Positions 53,084-63,409 of a stretch of 64,000 nt of DNA are shown piece after piece. Each line of letters starts with the position of its first letter. Within the stretch, counting starts at the first letter, position 1. The notes under the pieces are model-generated. The model was not told the DNA's origin and searched no databases. It saw only the letters and a list, made by a program, of their open reading frames with translations. Position numbers and translations under genes: made by a program. This DNA comes from an uncultured Verrucomicrobiae bacterium (GTDB taxonomy: Bacteria > Verrucomicrobiota > Verrucomicrobiia > Limisphaerales > AAA164-E04), in NCBI GenBank assembly GCA_951813855.1, contig OX638380.1:2370876-2434875 (forward strand). Direction: 5' to 3'.

Positions 53084-53959
53084 TCAAGACTCGGCCGGAG
53101 TGCCGGATTCGCGTCGTTCCGCCTTGATCTGACGAATCAACCCGGTCAACACCCGGCCGGGGCCGATTTCCTTGAAACTCGGGTCGGGACGGCGAAGCAG
53201 CCATTCCACCGTGTCGGTCCACCGCAAGGGACTGGACATCTGGCGGGCGAGCGTCTCCCGGACTTCTCCGTCCTCGTAAGGCCGGGCGGTCGCGTTGGCG
53301 ATTACCGGAATTCGCAAGGATGCGAACCGGACTTCTTTCAACCTTCGAGCGAACTCGTCCTGTGCCGACCGTAAATATCGCGAATGGAAAGCGCCGCTGA
53401 CTTTTAAAGGCACCACCCTTGCCCTCGCCCGCTTCAACGCCTCGCTGCACCGAGCAATATCCGCTTCTCTGCCCGACAAAACGGTCTGCCGGGGAGCGTT
53501 CAAATTGGCCAAATCGATGGCGTCGAATCGCTCCTCCTTCAAAAAGTTCCGGAGCTTTTCCGCCGGCCACCCCAAGACGGCTATCATGCCTCCTCCCCGT
53601 TCGCGCGCCATTAATTCCCCGCGTTGCCGCGTCAGCCGGACCCCGGTGGCGAAATCGAACGCGCCGGCGGCGAATAACGCCGTGCATTCTCCGAGCGAAT
53701 GACCGGCCAACCAATCGGGCCGTTCCTCTCCGTCTTCAAGCCGGGCCAGATAGGCCAACGACGACACCACGAAGAGCGCCGGCTGAGTACGATCGGTTTG
53801 CGAAAGCGAACTGTCGGGATCCTCCAAACAGAGTCGCCGGATCGAATAGCCCAACAGGTCATCGGCCTCCGCAACCCGGTCCGGAAAGCGATCGAACCAT
53901 TCGCGCCCCATCCCCCGCTTCTGCGTACCCTGGCCGGGAAAAACCCAGATCAAACTCAT
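53084..53959 (-). CDS. Malonyl-CoA:ACP transacylase (FabD/PksC-type stand-alone acyltransferase)
   Basis: FPGQGTQ, TQPAL, GHSLGE, RGELM, SGAFHS and EIGPG motifs. Confidence 0.92.
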   Translation of the reverse strand: MSLIWVFPGQGTQKRGMGREWFDRFPDRVAEADDLLGYSIRRLCLEDPDSSLSQTDRTQPALFVVSSLAYLARLEDGEERPDWLAGHSLGECTALFAAGAFDFATGVRLTRQRGELMARERGGGMIAVLGWPAEKLRNFLKEERFDAIDLANLNAPRQTVLSGREADIARCSEALKRARARVVPLKVSGAFHSRYLRSAQDEFARRLKEVRFASLRIPVIANATARPYEDGEVRETLARQMSSPLRWTDTVEWLLRRPDPSFKEIGPGRVLTGLIRQIKAERRESGTPAES

Positions 53960-54044
53960 GCGGAAAAAATCCAAAAGGAAACGAATCGCTTCGTCGAGGA
54001 GTTTCCCCGGGGCGGCACCTTAATCCTCTCCCCCGAAGTGCGCA

Positions 54045-54785
54045 TCACAGCTTCCGGCGGTCCACCTGCCGCAAGAATTCGATCACGCCGTCGGTAAACA
54101 GCCGGAGCAGGGTTTCTCCCTTTTCGGGCGAAGCCGCCGCCGGAGCGCCGATATGGCCGAAGACCGTCCGGTCTTTCGTCGTCTCGCCCTGGATTGCGGT
54201 GGGAAAAGCCTCCGCTTGGGGAACGGCTGGAAGCGCACCGTACTCGCCTACCAGGTCGGGCCGTAAAACCAGCATCATGGAAGTTTCCCATTCGCAAGCG
54301 TGACCCATGGACGACTGCAGGAAGCCGTCCGGGAAATCGGATTTGGAAGCGTTTTCCCAGTACGTGGTCATTAATAAAAGCAAATCCGTACGGTGACGAT
54401 GAGCTTGACGGAGTTCGAAGACGGCCTGGGCGCCGGGGACCCGGTTCCCTCCATGCCCGTTGAGCAAGACCAACTTGTGAAAACCAAAGGTCAACAGATT
54501 TTCCAATTGGCAGCGAAGCAAATCCAGATACAGCCGCGGTTCCGCCGAGAGCGTGCCCGGAAAATCCAGATGGTGATGGGAGTTGCCTAACCACTGGAGC
54601 GGAGCGAACAGGATCCGTTCGCTCAAGCGCAGTTCCGCCCGATCGAGGATGGCCTGCAGCAAAATGCTGTCGGTATGCAACGGCAGATGATGTCCGTGCT
54701 GTTCATGGGCGGCGATCGGCAAAACGACCGGTGTTTCCTTGGGCAAGTCCTTCACCGCCGGCCACCTCAGCTCGGCGAGTTTCAT
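54045..54785 (-). CDS. Creatininase/creatinine amidohydrolase-family protein
   Basis: EQHGHHLPLHTD, SHHH.DFPGT, NGHGGN and GHACEWETS motifs. Confidence 0.9.
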   Translation of the reverse strand: MKLAELRWPAVKDLPKETPVVLPIAAHEQHGHHLPLHTDSILLQAILDRAELRLSERILFAPLQWLGNSHHHLDFPGTLSAEPRLYLDLLRCQLENLLTFGFHKLVLLNGHGGNRVPGAQAVFELRQAHRHRTDLLLLMTTYWENASKSDFPDGFLQSSMGHACEWETSMMLVLRPDLVGEYGALPAVPQAEAFPTAIQGETTKDRTVFGHIGAPAAASPEKGETLLRLFTDGVIEFLRQVDRRKL

Positions 54786-56215
54786 GGCCGGTCTTTCGCC
54801 GGCTCGACAGACGTCTGCACACGCCGTTCCCGCACCGGATACCACGCGGCGATATATTCCGCCATACGGTACACTCGATCAGGATGTTCGAAGGCCAAAT
54901 TGCGGCGTTCCCAAGGATCTTCGATCAGATCGAAAAGTTGCGGAGCTTTGACCGTTCGGGGATGCGTCGACTGATAGCGATTGACCTCCCCGTCATAAGT
55001 CAAAAGGAGTTTCCAACGCCCCTCGATCGTCCAGCGATAGAGCAAGGAAGCTTCCGGCCGGTCCAAATCGGCGATGTCGTGCGAAAAACCTTCTCCGAAC
55101 AGACGCTCACGCGGCAAGGCGCTGCCGGTTTCCATATGGGAAAGAAGATTCAATCCAGGAAGATTCTCCGGGACGCGAGCGCCTGTCGCCGCAAGTATCG
55201 TCGGCATCAAATCGATGCTGCTCACTAAATCCGGCCGGTCGGCGGGTCGAAGTTTTCCCGGCCAACGAAACATGATCGGCGTCCGAACGCCTCCTTCGTA
55301 AGGCGTTTGTTTGGAACGCGGACCATAACCCCGGCGGTCCGGATTCTGAATCCAACCGTTATCGGTTACGTAAACAATAACGGTGTTTTCCCGAAAACCG
55401 TGACGATCGATGATCGCGAGCAATTGGCCGCAACTTTCGTCGAACCACTCGCACATCGCGTAATAACGGGCGACATGAAGAGACTCGACCCGATCGCGAT
55501 ACCGGGCCAGAAATCGTTCCGGAGGGTTATGCGGGGTATGGGGAAGAAAGGGAGCGTACCAGAGGAAAAAGGGCTTGCCTTGGTCTTTGGCCAGTTTCAC
55601 GAACTCGTCGATCGGCGCCATCCCCTGACGGCCGATGGTCAATCCGTCGTCGCCATGACGTCCTCCCCGTTGGGGAAAACCTCGGGTCATTCCATGGGTG
55701 AATCCCCCACGAGCGTAATTGCCCTCCCACCACTTGCCGCTCTGATGACTGAGAAAACCGCGTTCCCCCAACAATTCCGGCAACGTATCGAACGTATCGA
55801 GCTTAGCGATCAACTGCTCTCGCCGTTCCTGATACTCTTCGCCCTTGGCGTACTTGGGCGAGGGATCGTTGCCCGTGATCCCATGACGATGAGCGTATTG
55901 CCCAGTCGCCAGGGACATCAACGACGGTCGGCAAAGAGCCGTGGGAACATAACCTCTGCGAAACAGCACGCTCTCCTTCGCCAACCGGTCGAGATGCGGC
56001 GTACGCACCAATTCGTGCCCCATGAATCCGTAATCGCTCCAAGCCTGATCATCGGATATGATCAGCACGACGTTGGGAGATTGCGCGACCAAACTGCCGG
56101 ACAAGATGAAAACCACGGCCCAAAAACCGATCGTCAATCGACCGGTCGCCGCCGGCAATCGCAGCTTTCGATAAGCCCCGATCGAATACCGGTAAACAGA
56201 ACCCCAAAGCGTCAT
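54782..56215 (-). CDS. Exported sulfatase (formylglycine-dependent family)
   Basis: PNVVLIISDDQ, CRPSL, GKWW, PHTPH, TDNG and K.TPYEGGVRTP motifs. The start is uncertain. ATGA overlap with the creatininase gene. Confidence 0.9.
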   Translation of the reverse strand: MTLWGSVYRYSIGAYRKLRLPAATGRLTIGFWAVVFILSGSLVAQSPNVVLIISDDQAWSDYGFMGHELVRTPHLDRLAKESVLFRRGYVPTALCRPSLMSLATGQYAHRHGITGNDPSPKYAKGEEYQERREQLIAKLDTFDTLPELLGERGFLSHQSGKWWEGNYARGGFTHGMTRGFPQRGGRHGDDGLTIGRQGMAPIDEFVKLAKDQGKPFFLWYAPFLPHTPHNPPERFLARYRDRVESLHVARYYAMCEWFDESCGQLLAIIDRHGFRENTVIVYVTDNGWIQNPDRRGYGPRSKQTPYEGGVRTPIMFRWPGKLRPADRPDLVSSIDLMPTILAATGARVPENLPGLNLLSHMETGSALPRERLFGEGFSHDIADLDRPEASLLYRWTIEGRWKLLLTYDGEVNRYQSTHPRTVKAPQLFDLIEDPWERRNLAFEHPDRVYRMAEYIAAWYPVRERRVQTSVEPAKDRP

Positions 56216-58106
56216 GGCGGCAGTTTGTCGATCTTCGCTCGGTTTGTCGATAGAAGGAGTCCGCCGACGTTCCGGTTTTCTGGTCGTCACGGAAACCCTC
56301 CGCAGGTCGGATAAGAGAGCTCGCCACACTGAAACCAAGCCGCAATCTGAGATCAGAAATCCGGGCCGTATCTCAGCAATGAAACGAACGCCCCATTCGT
56401 GTCGCCCGCGTCGCTAGGCGATTCCGACCCACATCCGATTCCAGATCTGGAACACGACGTCCCGACGACAGCCAGTATCGATCGGCAGGGCCTGAGACGG
56501 TATTCTCCGGTTCGTTCCTCGGGCAGATACTGCCACCGGTTCCAGCGATTCAGTCCTTCGCCAATTACCGATCGACGCCGGAAATCAAACTCGCTACCTG
56601 CCAAATCGCCCGGAATAACGAGCGTCATGCAGCGGACCGCCCACCCCTAAGCGGTCAAAAGGACAAGCAACCGACACGACAACCGCGGGATTCGGAAATA
56701 TCCCGGCCTCGAGGCAAAATCAGAGACGCAACTTTCCGGCTTGATATTGCGGCAACGACCTATTTTAAAGTGATCGGTAATAATCCCGTATTTTCCTCGC
56801 CATCAGAACTCGACGTTCTTCCAGGAACGAATCGTAGTCATCAATTTTAGCCGAATCCAGAGATTCCGGGATGCAATGCGCCTCGAGATTCGCGTGCAAC
56901 GCTTCGGAATCGACGATCCCGCCGTATCTCGGTTTTCCGTCGGCGCATTGGCATTGCACCGCGCTGAAACACTCAGCCGGAGGACGATCGCCAATGGCAA
57001 TGTTAATCTCGCCTTGCATCACGACGTAATTGGCGATCTGATTATAACGGTTGCGCTGCAATCCGTGATTCTTCAGGTATTTCTTGGAAAAGACGTGATG
57101 CCGATGCGATGCGCCTTCGAGCAAGGTCTGCACCGTGTGGTTGCTCGACAGGAATCCCTTGTCATTCGCTTTGACCTGACTGGCGAGAAAGACATTTAAA
57201 TAGGGACTGCTGGCAACCGAAGTGTTTAAATGTTGCGGTAGTCCCGCATCCCAGAATGCATCCGAGAGTTCGGCCCTTTCCACGTCTTCCAAGTAAGCCT
57301 GAGCGGTTCTTTCCGAGATGTTACGGATGTCCGCACTAAATTCGGATTCAGGCGAACTCGTATAACGGCCGATCAAAACGGACATGACGAACCAGCGAAG
57401 CACTAATTTTTCGATCAGCGCCGCATCGGTTTTCTGCGCCCGCAACGTCAAATAAAGGATATAGGCGAAATTAACGGTATTCTGCGCCCGGATCATAGCT
57501 TTGTTCACGAATCCTCCTGAGCGCAAAATCATGACGAAGCGTTTGAAGTTGGTTTCGTTCATGAAGCGCATAATGGCTGTATCAAGCCTGCGGAACGATT
57601 CTTCGGCTATCGACTCCTCGTACTCCCGAGTTTCAAAGTTGCGCCCGGAGAGCAAGGCGACCAAATCGTCCAGTTTCCCGCGTTTGAATTCCGACGTAAA
57701 AGCCACCCGGAGCATATCAGTGTAAGTAGGGTCATACAGATCCTCCTTTTCGTGTTTCAGCCATTCCATGGATCGGAAATACCGGGATTCCGAGAAATTC
57801 TTGTCTTGGGCTAACTCAGAGTACGCTTCGGGTGTAATGGCGAGATGACAGAAATAATCGATACCCTTGCGGAGTTGATGACCGTTGAATTTCTCGTTGG
57901 CCGCCATCTTCGACATGGCGAAATCTGCGGCGTTCAACGGTGCCCCTTGGGAGTTGATACGCACGAAAATCTCTGAGACTTTCACCATGTCCAAATCCGC
58001 GTTAAGTTCGATCAATCCCAGCGAGTTGTTGCGAATCCCTTGCAGTTGCTGGATGTTCCTGAATATCTCTTTCCGATCGACTTGAGGATTTTCGCCGCAA
58101 TAAGTA

Positions 58107-59978
58107 GTGTCTGCCCGAAAACCCCAAACTCGTTGAATACTGGGCAGAGTCGTGCAAATTGGCTTGCGATGATGGTACCTTTTCGGCAGGATTCCTCCCG
58201 GAACAGGGCAATTGGCCCGATCTTCGCCAGTTTTTGTCAGGACTACTTGGGTATGAGCCTATGCGACAAGTGATCGAACAGCAGATGAAGTTGGGTCAGA
58301 CACCGATCGAAAAGATCGATATCGACGTCAACTCGCGCGACGACATTCCCGCCACTCTTCTCGGGCTGCAGAAACTCTATCAAGACAAATCTGCCTTCGA
58401 CGAAATCACAGGTTTGCTCCAGACTCACATGCTTCAGAATAGCAACCATGATGTCGGTCGTCCTGGACTGGAATTGTGGAGTGTTCTGGTCCTGGGAATT
58501 CTGAAGCAGAGCTTGAACTGTGATTTCGACCGGCTCAAGGAACTGGCAGACCGCCATGAATCCGTTCGGGCCATGCTGGGCCATAGCGAGCTCGATAAAT
58601 CCCGCTACAGCCTTCAGCGTTTGATCGACAATGTGAATCTGCTGACGCCGGAGTTGCTGGACAAGATCAACCGGATAGTGGTTGAGTGTGGCCACAAACT
58701 GGTCGGAAAAAAAAGACGGCGGAAGTGCCGGAAGCAAGTCAAGGAAGGCAAGAACAGCAGGAACGACAAGAATGAGGAACCGTCCGAGATGACTCTGCGC
58801 GGTCGATGCGATTCATTTGTCGTTGAGACCGATGTGCACTTCCCGACAGACACCTCGCTGCTGTGGGACGCCATGAGGTGCCTGTTGAGTGAGATCGGTC
58901 CGGAGGCGGTATCTCGAAACGTGAAGGGATGGCGTCAGTGGAAGAAGCTGCTGAACAACGTGAAGAAACTGTTCAACCGGATCCGATCGAGTCGCCTTGC
59001 GGCGAAACATCCCAAGCGAGTGAAGAAGTATCTCGCCTGCTGCCATCGCTTGGTGGCGAGGGCGGAAGAGAGCCTGGAAGGCATGAAGGAAGCAGGGACT
59101 GACGCCAGGATCATTCAGGACTGCCTGGACTACATCGTCCATGCCAAGCGTCAGATGGACCAAGTGGAGCGGCGGTTACTCAAGGGAGAGACGATACCGC
59201 ATGAGGAGAAGGTCTTCTCGATCTTCGAGACCCACACCCGCTGGGTCTCCAAAGGCAAGGCTGGATGCCCGGTGGAATTGGGTGTGCCGGTATGCTTGGT
59301 TCAGGATCAATATCAGTTCGTTCTCCATCACCTTGTGATGTGGAATGAACAAGATGTGGATGTGGCCGTCGATATCGTCAAGACGGCACAGGAAAAGTTC
59401 CCGAATCTGCGCACGTGCAGTTTCGATCGCGGATTTCACAACCCCAAGAACAGGGAACAGCTTGACGAGCTTCTGGATCATGCCGCTCTTCCCAAGAAAG
59501 GCCGCAAGAGCAAATCTGATACGGCTCGCGAGGAGGATCCCGAATTCAAGGCGATGAGGCAACAGCACCCGGCGGTTGAATCGGCAATCAACCATCTTGA
59601 GCATCACGGCCTTGACCGGGTTTATGCTCACGGTGCGGATGGGTTCGACAGAAGCGTTTCCTTGTCAATCCTGGGGGCCAATATACACCGCTTGGGCCAA
59701 TTGCTGCGTGCGAACACAATCAAAGCTCAGAAACGAAAGCGTCTAGCGGCATAACACCACGAGGGACTTCTGGAAAACACCCCGCTCCAGAGTGGGTAAG
59801 GGGGGCTTGTGCCCATATGATATGACAGGGCCTGTCCAAACGCCTATTTGGGTCCATATCAAGTACCCGACCTAGGTCGGAATCCCGGATTAGCACTATT
59901 CGAGGCGCAATTTGCTCAAAGTGTCATGGGGAACTATGGCAGTGGCCCTGAAAAATAAGGGGGTTTTCTGGCAGACAC
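58107..59978 (+). mobile_element. ISNCY/IS5-like element
   Basis: 19-bp TIRs GTGTCTGCCCGAAAACCCC and GGGGTTTTCTGGCAGACAC (one mismatch). 6-bp TSD TAAGTA at 58101..58106 and 59979..59984. Confidence 0.93.
58261..59754 (+). CDS. DDE transposase (ISNCY/IS5-like), intact
   Basis: SRDDIP, GRPG, RCDSFVVETDVHFPTD, SFDRGF and HPAVESAINHLE motifs. The ATG at 58261 is preferred. Confidence 0.9.
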   Translation: MRQVIEQQMKLGQTPIEKIDIDVNSRDDIPATLLGLQKLYQDKSAFDEITGLLQTHMLQNSNHDVGRPGLELWSVLVLGILKQSLNCDFDRLKELADRHESVRAMLGHSELDKSRYSLQRLIDNVNLLTPELLDKINRIVVECGHKLVGKKRRRKCRKQVKEGKNSRNDKNEEPSEMTLRGRCDSFVVETDVHFPTDTSLLWDAMRCLLSEIGPEAVSRNVKGWRQWKKLLNNVKKLFNRIRSSRLAAKHPKRVKKYLACCHRLVARAEESLEGMKEAGTDARIIQDCLDYIVHAKRQMDQVERRLLKGETIPHEEKVFSIFETHTRWVSKGKAGCPVELGVPVCLVQDQYQFVLHHLVMWNEQDVDVAVDIVKTAQEKFPNLRTCSFDRGFHNPKNREQLDELLDHAALPKKGRKSKSDTAREEDPEFKAMRQQHPAVESAINHLEHHGLDRVYAHGADGFDRSVSLSILGANIHRLGQLLRANTIKAQKRKRLAA

Positions 59979-60779
59979 TAAGTATCTAGAATGCTGAGCA
60001 ATTCAGCCTCCGGAGCAAATATATCCTTGATATCGCTAACCCAAGCCTTATCTCGCCGGATCGCGGGATTGGTCACTTCGAAGCATCGTTTAGCCGGATG
60101 AAACGCAATTGAAATACGGATTTTTTTGAAATTCTTGTCGACGATCGGTTTGCCGAGAATGGCCGCTAATAACGCTGTCACGCGTTGTTGACCATCGATT
60201 AAAATCCTTTTGCCCGTTGATTCCGACCCGTCTTTCAGCCGTACGGAAGGATTGCGCCAAGCGATAAGATAGCCCACCGGATAACCGAAATATAACGAAT
60301 CGACGGAGTCGCGAACCTTGGATCTGTTCCAGACGAATTTGCGCTGGATCTCCGGAATGGCGATTTCGTCGGATTCGATCCAGGAAATTAGAGTCTGAAT
60401 CGGATGCTGATTTACCGAATAACGTTGAATGGTCATTGTGAGCCCCGGACTTTACGGAACGAAACGCTGAAAATACAACCCATTGTTTTTTAGCCGGCTT
60501 CGGTTTCCTCGGGAAAATCAGCCGTCTGGTCGCTGATGTCGGACGATTAGCTGACGTCCCACTGGTTGCGCAAGAGCGGAACCGATCGCTTCCGATGCCG
60601 CCGGGCCTGGTGAACCAGGTTATTGACCCGCCAGGAAAGCCCCTGGTACATTCAGGCGACTGGCTACCCGAGTCGTCGGATCGAAAATCTTCAGTCCTTC
60701 GGAAGTGCCGGCGACGACCGATCGGTGAGCGGTTTTGGGATCGAATTCTTCCAGATTTGATGGCGCGATTCCCGCTTTG

Positions 60780-61361
60780 CTGCGTAGGTCGGATCTCGAT
60801 TCTCTCGTTCGTCAAACCGGAAATCACAATTTCCCCGCATCGGGCTTTCAGTTACCACCACGTCACGCGCAAAAAGAAGGTCAGGGCGGTCAACACCAGA
60901 GCATCGTTTGGCCGTCTTCATTGAATCGACTGCGCATCCGTCTTGACACCTCAAGTTTCAGACTCCCCCTCTCGTTCCTGTTCAGATCCTTCCTAATCCG
61001 TTGGTTATCTGATTCCGAGATAATCTTGATATTATCTTGACCTTGAACGTTATGAACTGATCTCAGCTCCAGCCTGACGTGCCTTCTCCACCTTCGCTCC
61101 TGCAGGTGGCATCGTCTGAATCTCTAACCTTTCGTGGCCTTGATTGACTTCCGTCAACAGGCTTCCTTCATTCCTTCTGCCGCACCGGTTATTCAAGGCC
61201 CCTTCCCTCCCACGGCGTTTCCTGAGATCAACAGCACTACGGATCATTCCGTTACCATGCCGCTCCAACCTGCCCCTCACCAGGATCCAATGTTTTAAAA
61301 CCAACCCAAAAGTCCAATCGACAAACTTTTGCATTTACTGGGTTTGGCCTTAGATGGGCAT
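60780..61361 (-). pseudogene. Decayed ORF directly downstream of the GHKL-nuclease gene
   Basis: An ATG overlaps the upstream stop (TAATG). Stop-interrupted, frameshifted but protein-like segments follow: MQKFVDW...NEGSLL...QTMPPAGAKVEKA and VHNVQGQDNIKII...FNEDGQTMLWC. Confidence 0.4.
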
Positions 61362-63409
61362 TACTGGTGATTGCGAATCCTTTCCAAAAGCAATTTCAAC
61401 TGGCTCTGAGAATCCGAGGCGGAAATGAATTCTTGGTACACATTATTGGCATTGTCAATTAATTCGTCGTAAGTTATTACCCGAATGTTGAACATTCGCA
61501 AGGCTTGTTCATTCTTTTCTCTAGTCATTTCGTCATTCCAGTCATCAGGATAACTGCCGACGATACAGATTGCTTCAATAGGCAATGCAGCTTCGTTTTT
61601 CGAATGTTGTCTCAATTCTAATTCAAGAGCTTTTATGTATTGTATAACTTGACTTTCCAATCCGGTTTTAGTGACGGGAACCGAATGACGCTTCAACTCG
61701 ATAATAACGTGCGCAGCCGCGACCCGACGGTATTTAATGTAATGAATGTCTATCCGTAATTTCTTCTGATTAGTTGCCAAAACCTGTTCCATTCTCCGTT
61801 CTATACGTTCACAGGCCGTCGCCCGTTCCCAACTTGGGTCCAGCAAATATAAATGATCAAATATGTACTCTTGTAATACCCGTTCCTTGGCGTCTTCGTC
61901 TAATAATTCTCGAAGCTTACGAATAACCTTCAAACGCTCTTCAATAATCTGTCGATAGCGTTCGGCTTCCAAGGCGTCAACATCCTTAAGGAAATTTAAA
62001 AATTCGTTAACTTTGGTTATATCTATTTTCTCGATAAGCTCCATCGAATAATTTAATTTGAGGTATTCGAACATCAACACTCCGTTGGCGTACGCGTTTT
62101 GTCGATAAGTCTCGTCGATTCCGGCCTTGTCGATATCTCCGAATATTTTATCGGCAAACCGTTGAAGCTTGGATGGACGAAGCGAGTCATACCATACTTT
62201 GAGGTGAGGATTACTAGACAAAGCGTCTCGCATGCCGCATCGATCCTTGAGTTTATTAGTTATTTTCCAAATTTCATTCAGTTCGGAACGGATAAATTCA
62301 ACGAGAGCTTGGTAACGCTCGTCATCTTCTGAAATGCGCTGACGGCTGGAAGTAGCAATGTCCGGTTCAATGTCATGATCCAGAAAATCAGCTTCGATTT
62401 CTCCAAACAAATATTTGGTGATCATTCCCCCAAGCCGGATTTCCTGAAGAATATCCTCTTGGGCGACCTTACCGCGAACGACAATGGTTATCTTGTTGAG
62501 ATTGTCGTTATCCGATGGACTTTGCCCGTCAAGATCGTTCGATCGCCAAGCGGCGGCGATCCACCCTTTTACTTGATAAGAAACGGGGTCCGAAGTTGCT
62601 CGTTTGACTTCCAATTCGTCGTTTCGATCGAACGCTCCTTCAGCATGACCGTTCACGTCAGTTTCCAGTTTGGTACAGTTGGAAGCGTAATCCTGGCCGT
62701 ACTGAAAAATAAATCGAGCCTTATGGAAATAATCCCTGTCAGCCAAACTTATCCTATGACCATTAATACGAACTGTAAACTGATTATTTTCTCCGATTAT
62801 GCTGAACCGACGCGCCAAACGACGTTTTAGCCCCTCCACAGAATTCCAATTTAATCGAAGTTTCTTCAGCTCGGTTATTTTAATGCATGTACCCGGGCCG
62901 TCAAACGGAATGCGATCGGTATCGATGCTCTCAGGTACATAGCGTTTCGCTTGAGATGGGTCTTCGGCTTCAATCGCCTTTTTGATCTGATTGGCGTCCA
63001 TCAGAAAGGCCTCCGTCGATCCATCTTGAATTCGAGTGTAAACTCGAACTTGATTGGCGATCGAAAATAGAGAGAGTTTTCCAATACCTTTTCTCCCCAT
63101 AGGACGGCGACCGAACTTCGGCGTCAAAAAATCAGTTTGAGGGGCACTTAGATCGCGTCGTTTTTGATAACCGACATGTAGGTACTTTTCGTTGATGTCC
63201 TCGAGATCCATACCGCAACCGTTATCCTTAATGGAAATCGTCTTCGTCTCGAAATTTAAACGAACATCGACTTCGGTGGCGTCGGCATCCCACGAATTAG
63301 CGATAACTTCAGCAAGTACCGCCGGAGTATTGCTGTATAGATTGAGGCCCAAATGATTTAACACATTCAGACTGATTGTCATAAAATACTTCGATTGGTT
63401 TTCAGTCAT
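61361..63409 (-). CDS. GHKL (HATPase_c_3/MORC-like) ATPase fused to a C-terminal PD-(D/E)xK, Shedu-like nuclease
   Basis: EVIANSWDA, DNGCGM, GRKGIGKLS and GT motifs. C-terminus has ERVLQ (ExxxQ), RIDI, IIELK, QVIQY, IVG and IRVITYDELI. Confidence 0.8.
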   Translation of the reverse strand: MTENQSKYFMTISLNVLNHLGLNLYSNTPAVLAEVIANSWDADATEVDVRLNFETKTISIKDNGCGMDLEDINEKYLHVGYQKRRDLSAPQTDFLTPKFGRRPMGRKGIGKLSLFSIANQVRVYTRIQDGSTEAFLMDANQIKKAIEAEDPSQAKRYVPESIDTDRIPFDGPGTCIKITELKKLRLNWNSVEGLKRRLARRFSIIGENNQFTVRINGHRISLADRDYFHKARFIFQYGQDYASNCTKLETDVNGHAEGAFDRNDELEVKRATSDPVSYQVKGWIAAAWRSNDLDGQSPSDNDNLNKITIVVRGKVAQEDILQEIRLGGMITKYLFGEIEADFLDHDIEPDIATSSRQRISEDDERYQALVEFIRSELNEIWKITNKLKDRCGMRDALSSNPHLKVWYDSLRPSKLQRFADKIFGDIDKAGIDETYRQNAYANGVLMFEYLKLNYSMELIEKIDITKVNEFLNFLKDVDALEAERYRQIIEERLKVIRKLRELLDEDAKERVLQEYIFDHLYLLDPSWERATACERIERRMEQVLATNQKKLRIDIHYIKYRRVAAAHVIIELKRHSVPVTKTGLESQVIQYIKALELELRQHSKNEAALPIEAICIVGSYPDDWNDEMTREKNEQALRMFNIRVITYDELIDNANNVYQEFISASDSQSQLKLLLERIRNHQ

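Larger units (their letters stand above)
56765..60436 (-). pseudogene. GmrSD-type (DUF262 + HNH/DUF1524) restriction endonuclease split by ISNCY (parts 60436..59979 and 58100..56765)
   Basis: [10 protein letters not shown] and IDGQQRVT | IFVRINSQG and HHVF...NQIAN motifs. Removing the IS and one TSD restores ...ILDT-YCGENP... in frame, giving 597 aa. Confidence 0.9.

Noticed and set aside
51423-53132. 569-aa plus-strand ORF, and similar long ORFs (30753..31871, 55307..56314, 18384..19604, 25940..26773)
   Set aside because: Antisense or alternative-frame shadows of well-supported genes in GC-rich DNA, with no motifs.
56353-56628. 91-aa minus-strand ORF between GmrSD and the sulfatase
   Set aside because: No recognisable motif. 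It may be a gene fragment, but this is unsupported.
61200-61270. HGNGM...GRRNEG as a second GHKL ATPase motif
   Set aside because: Similarity is weak and the N-box is missing. Kept only as part of an unknown decayed ORF.
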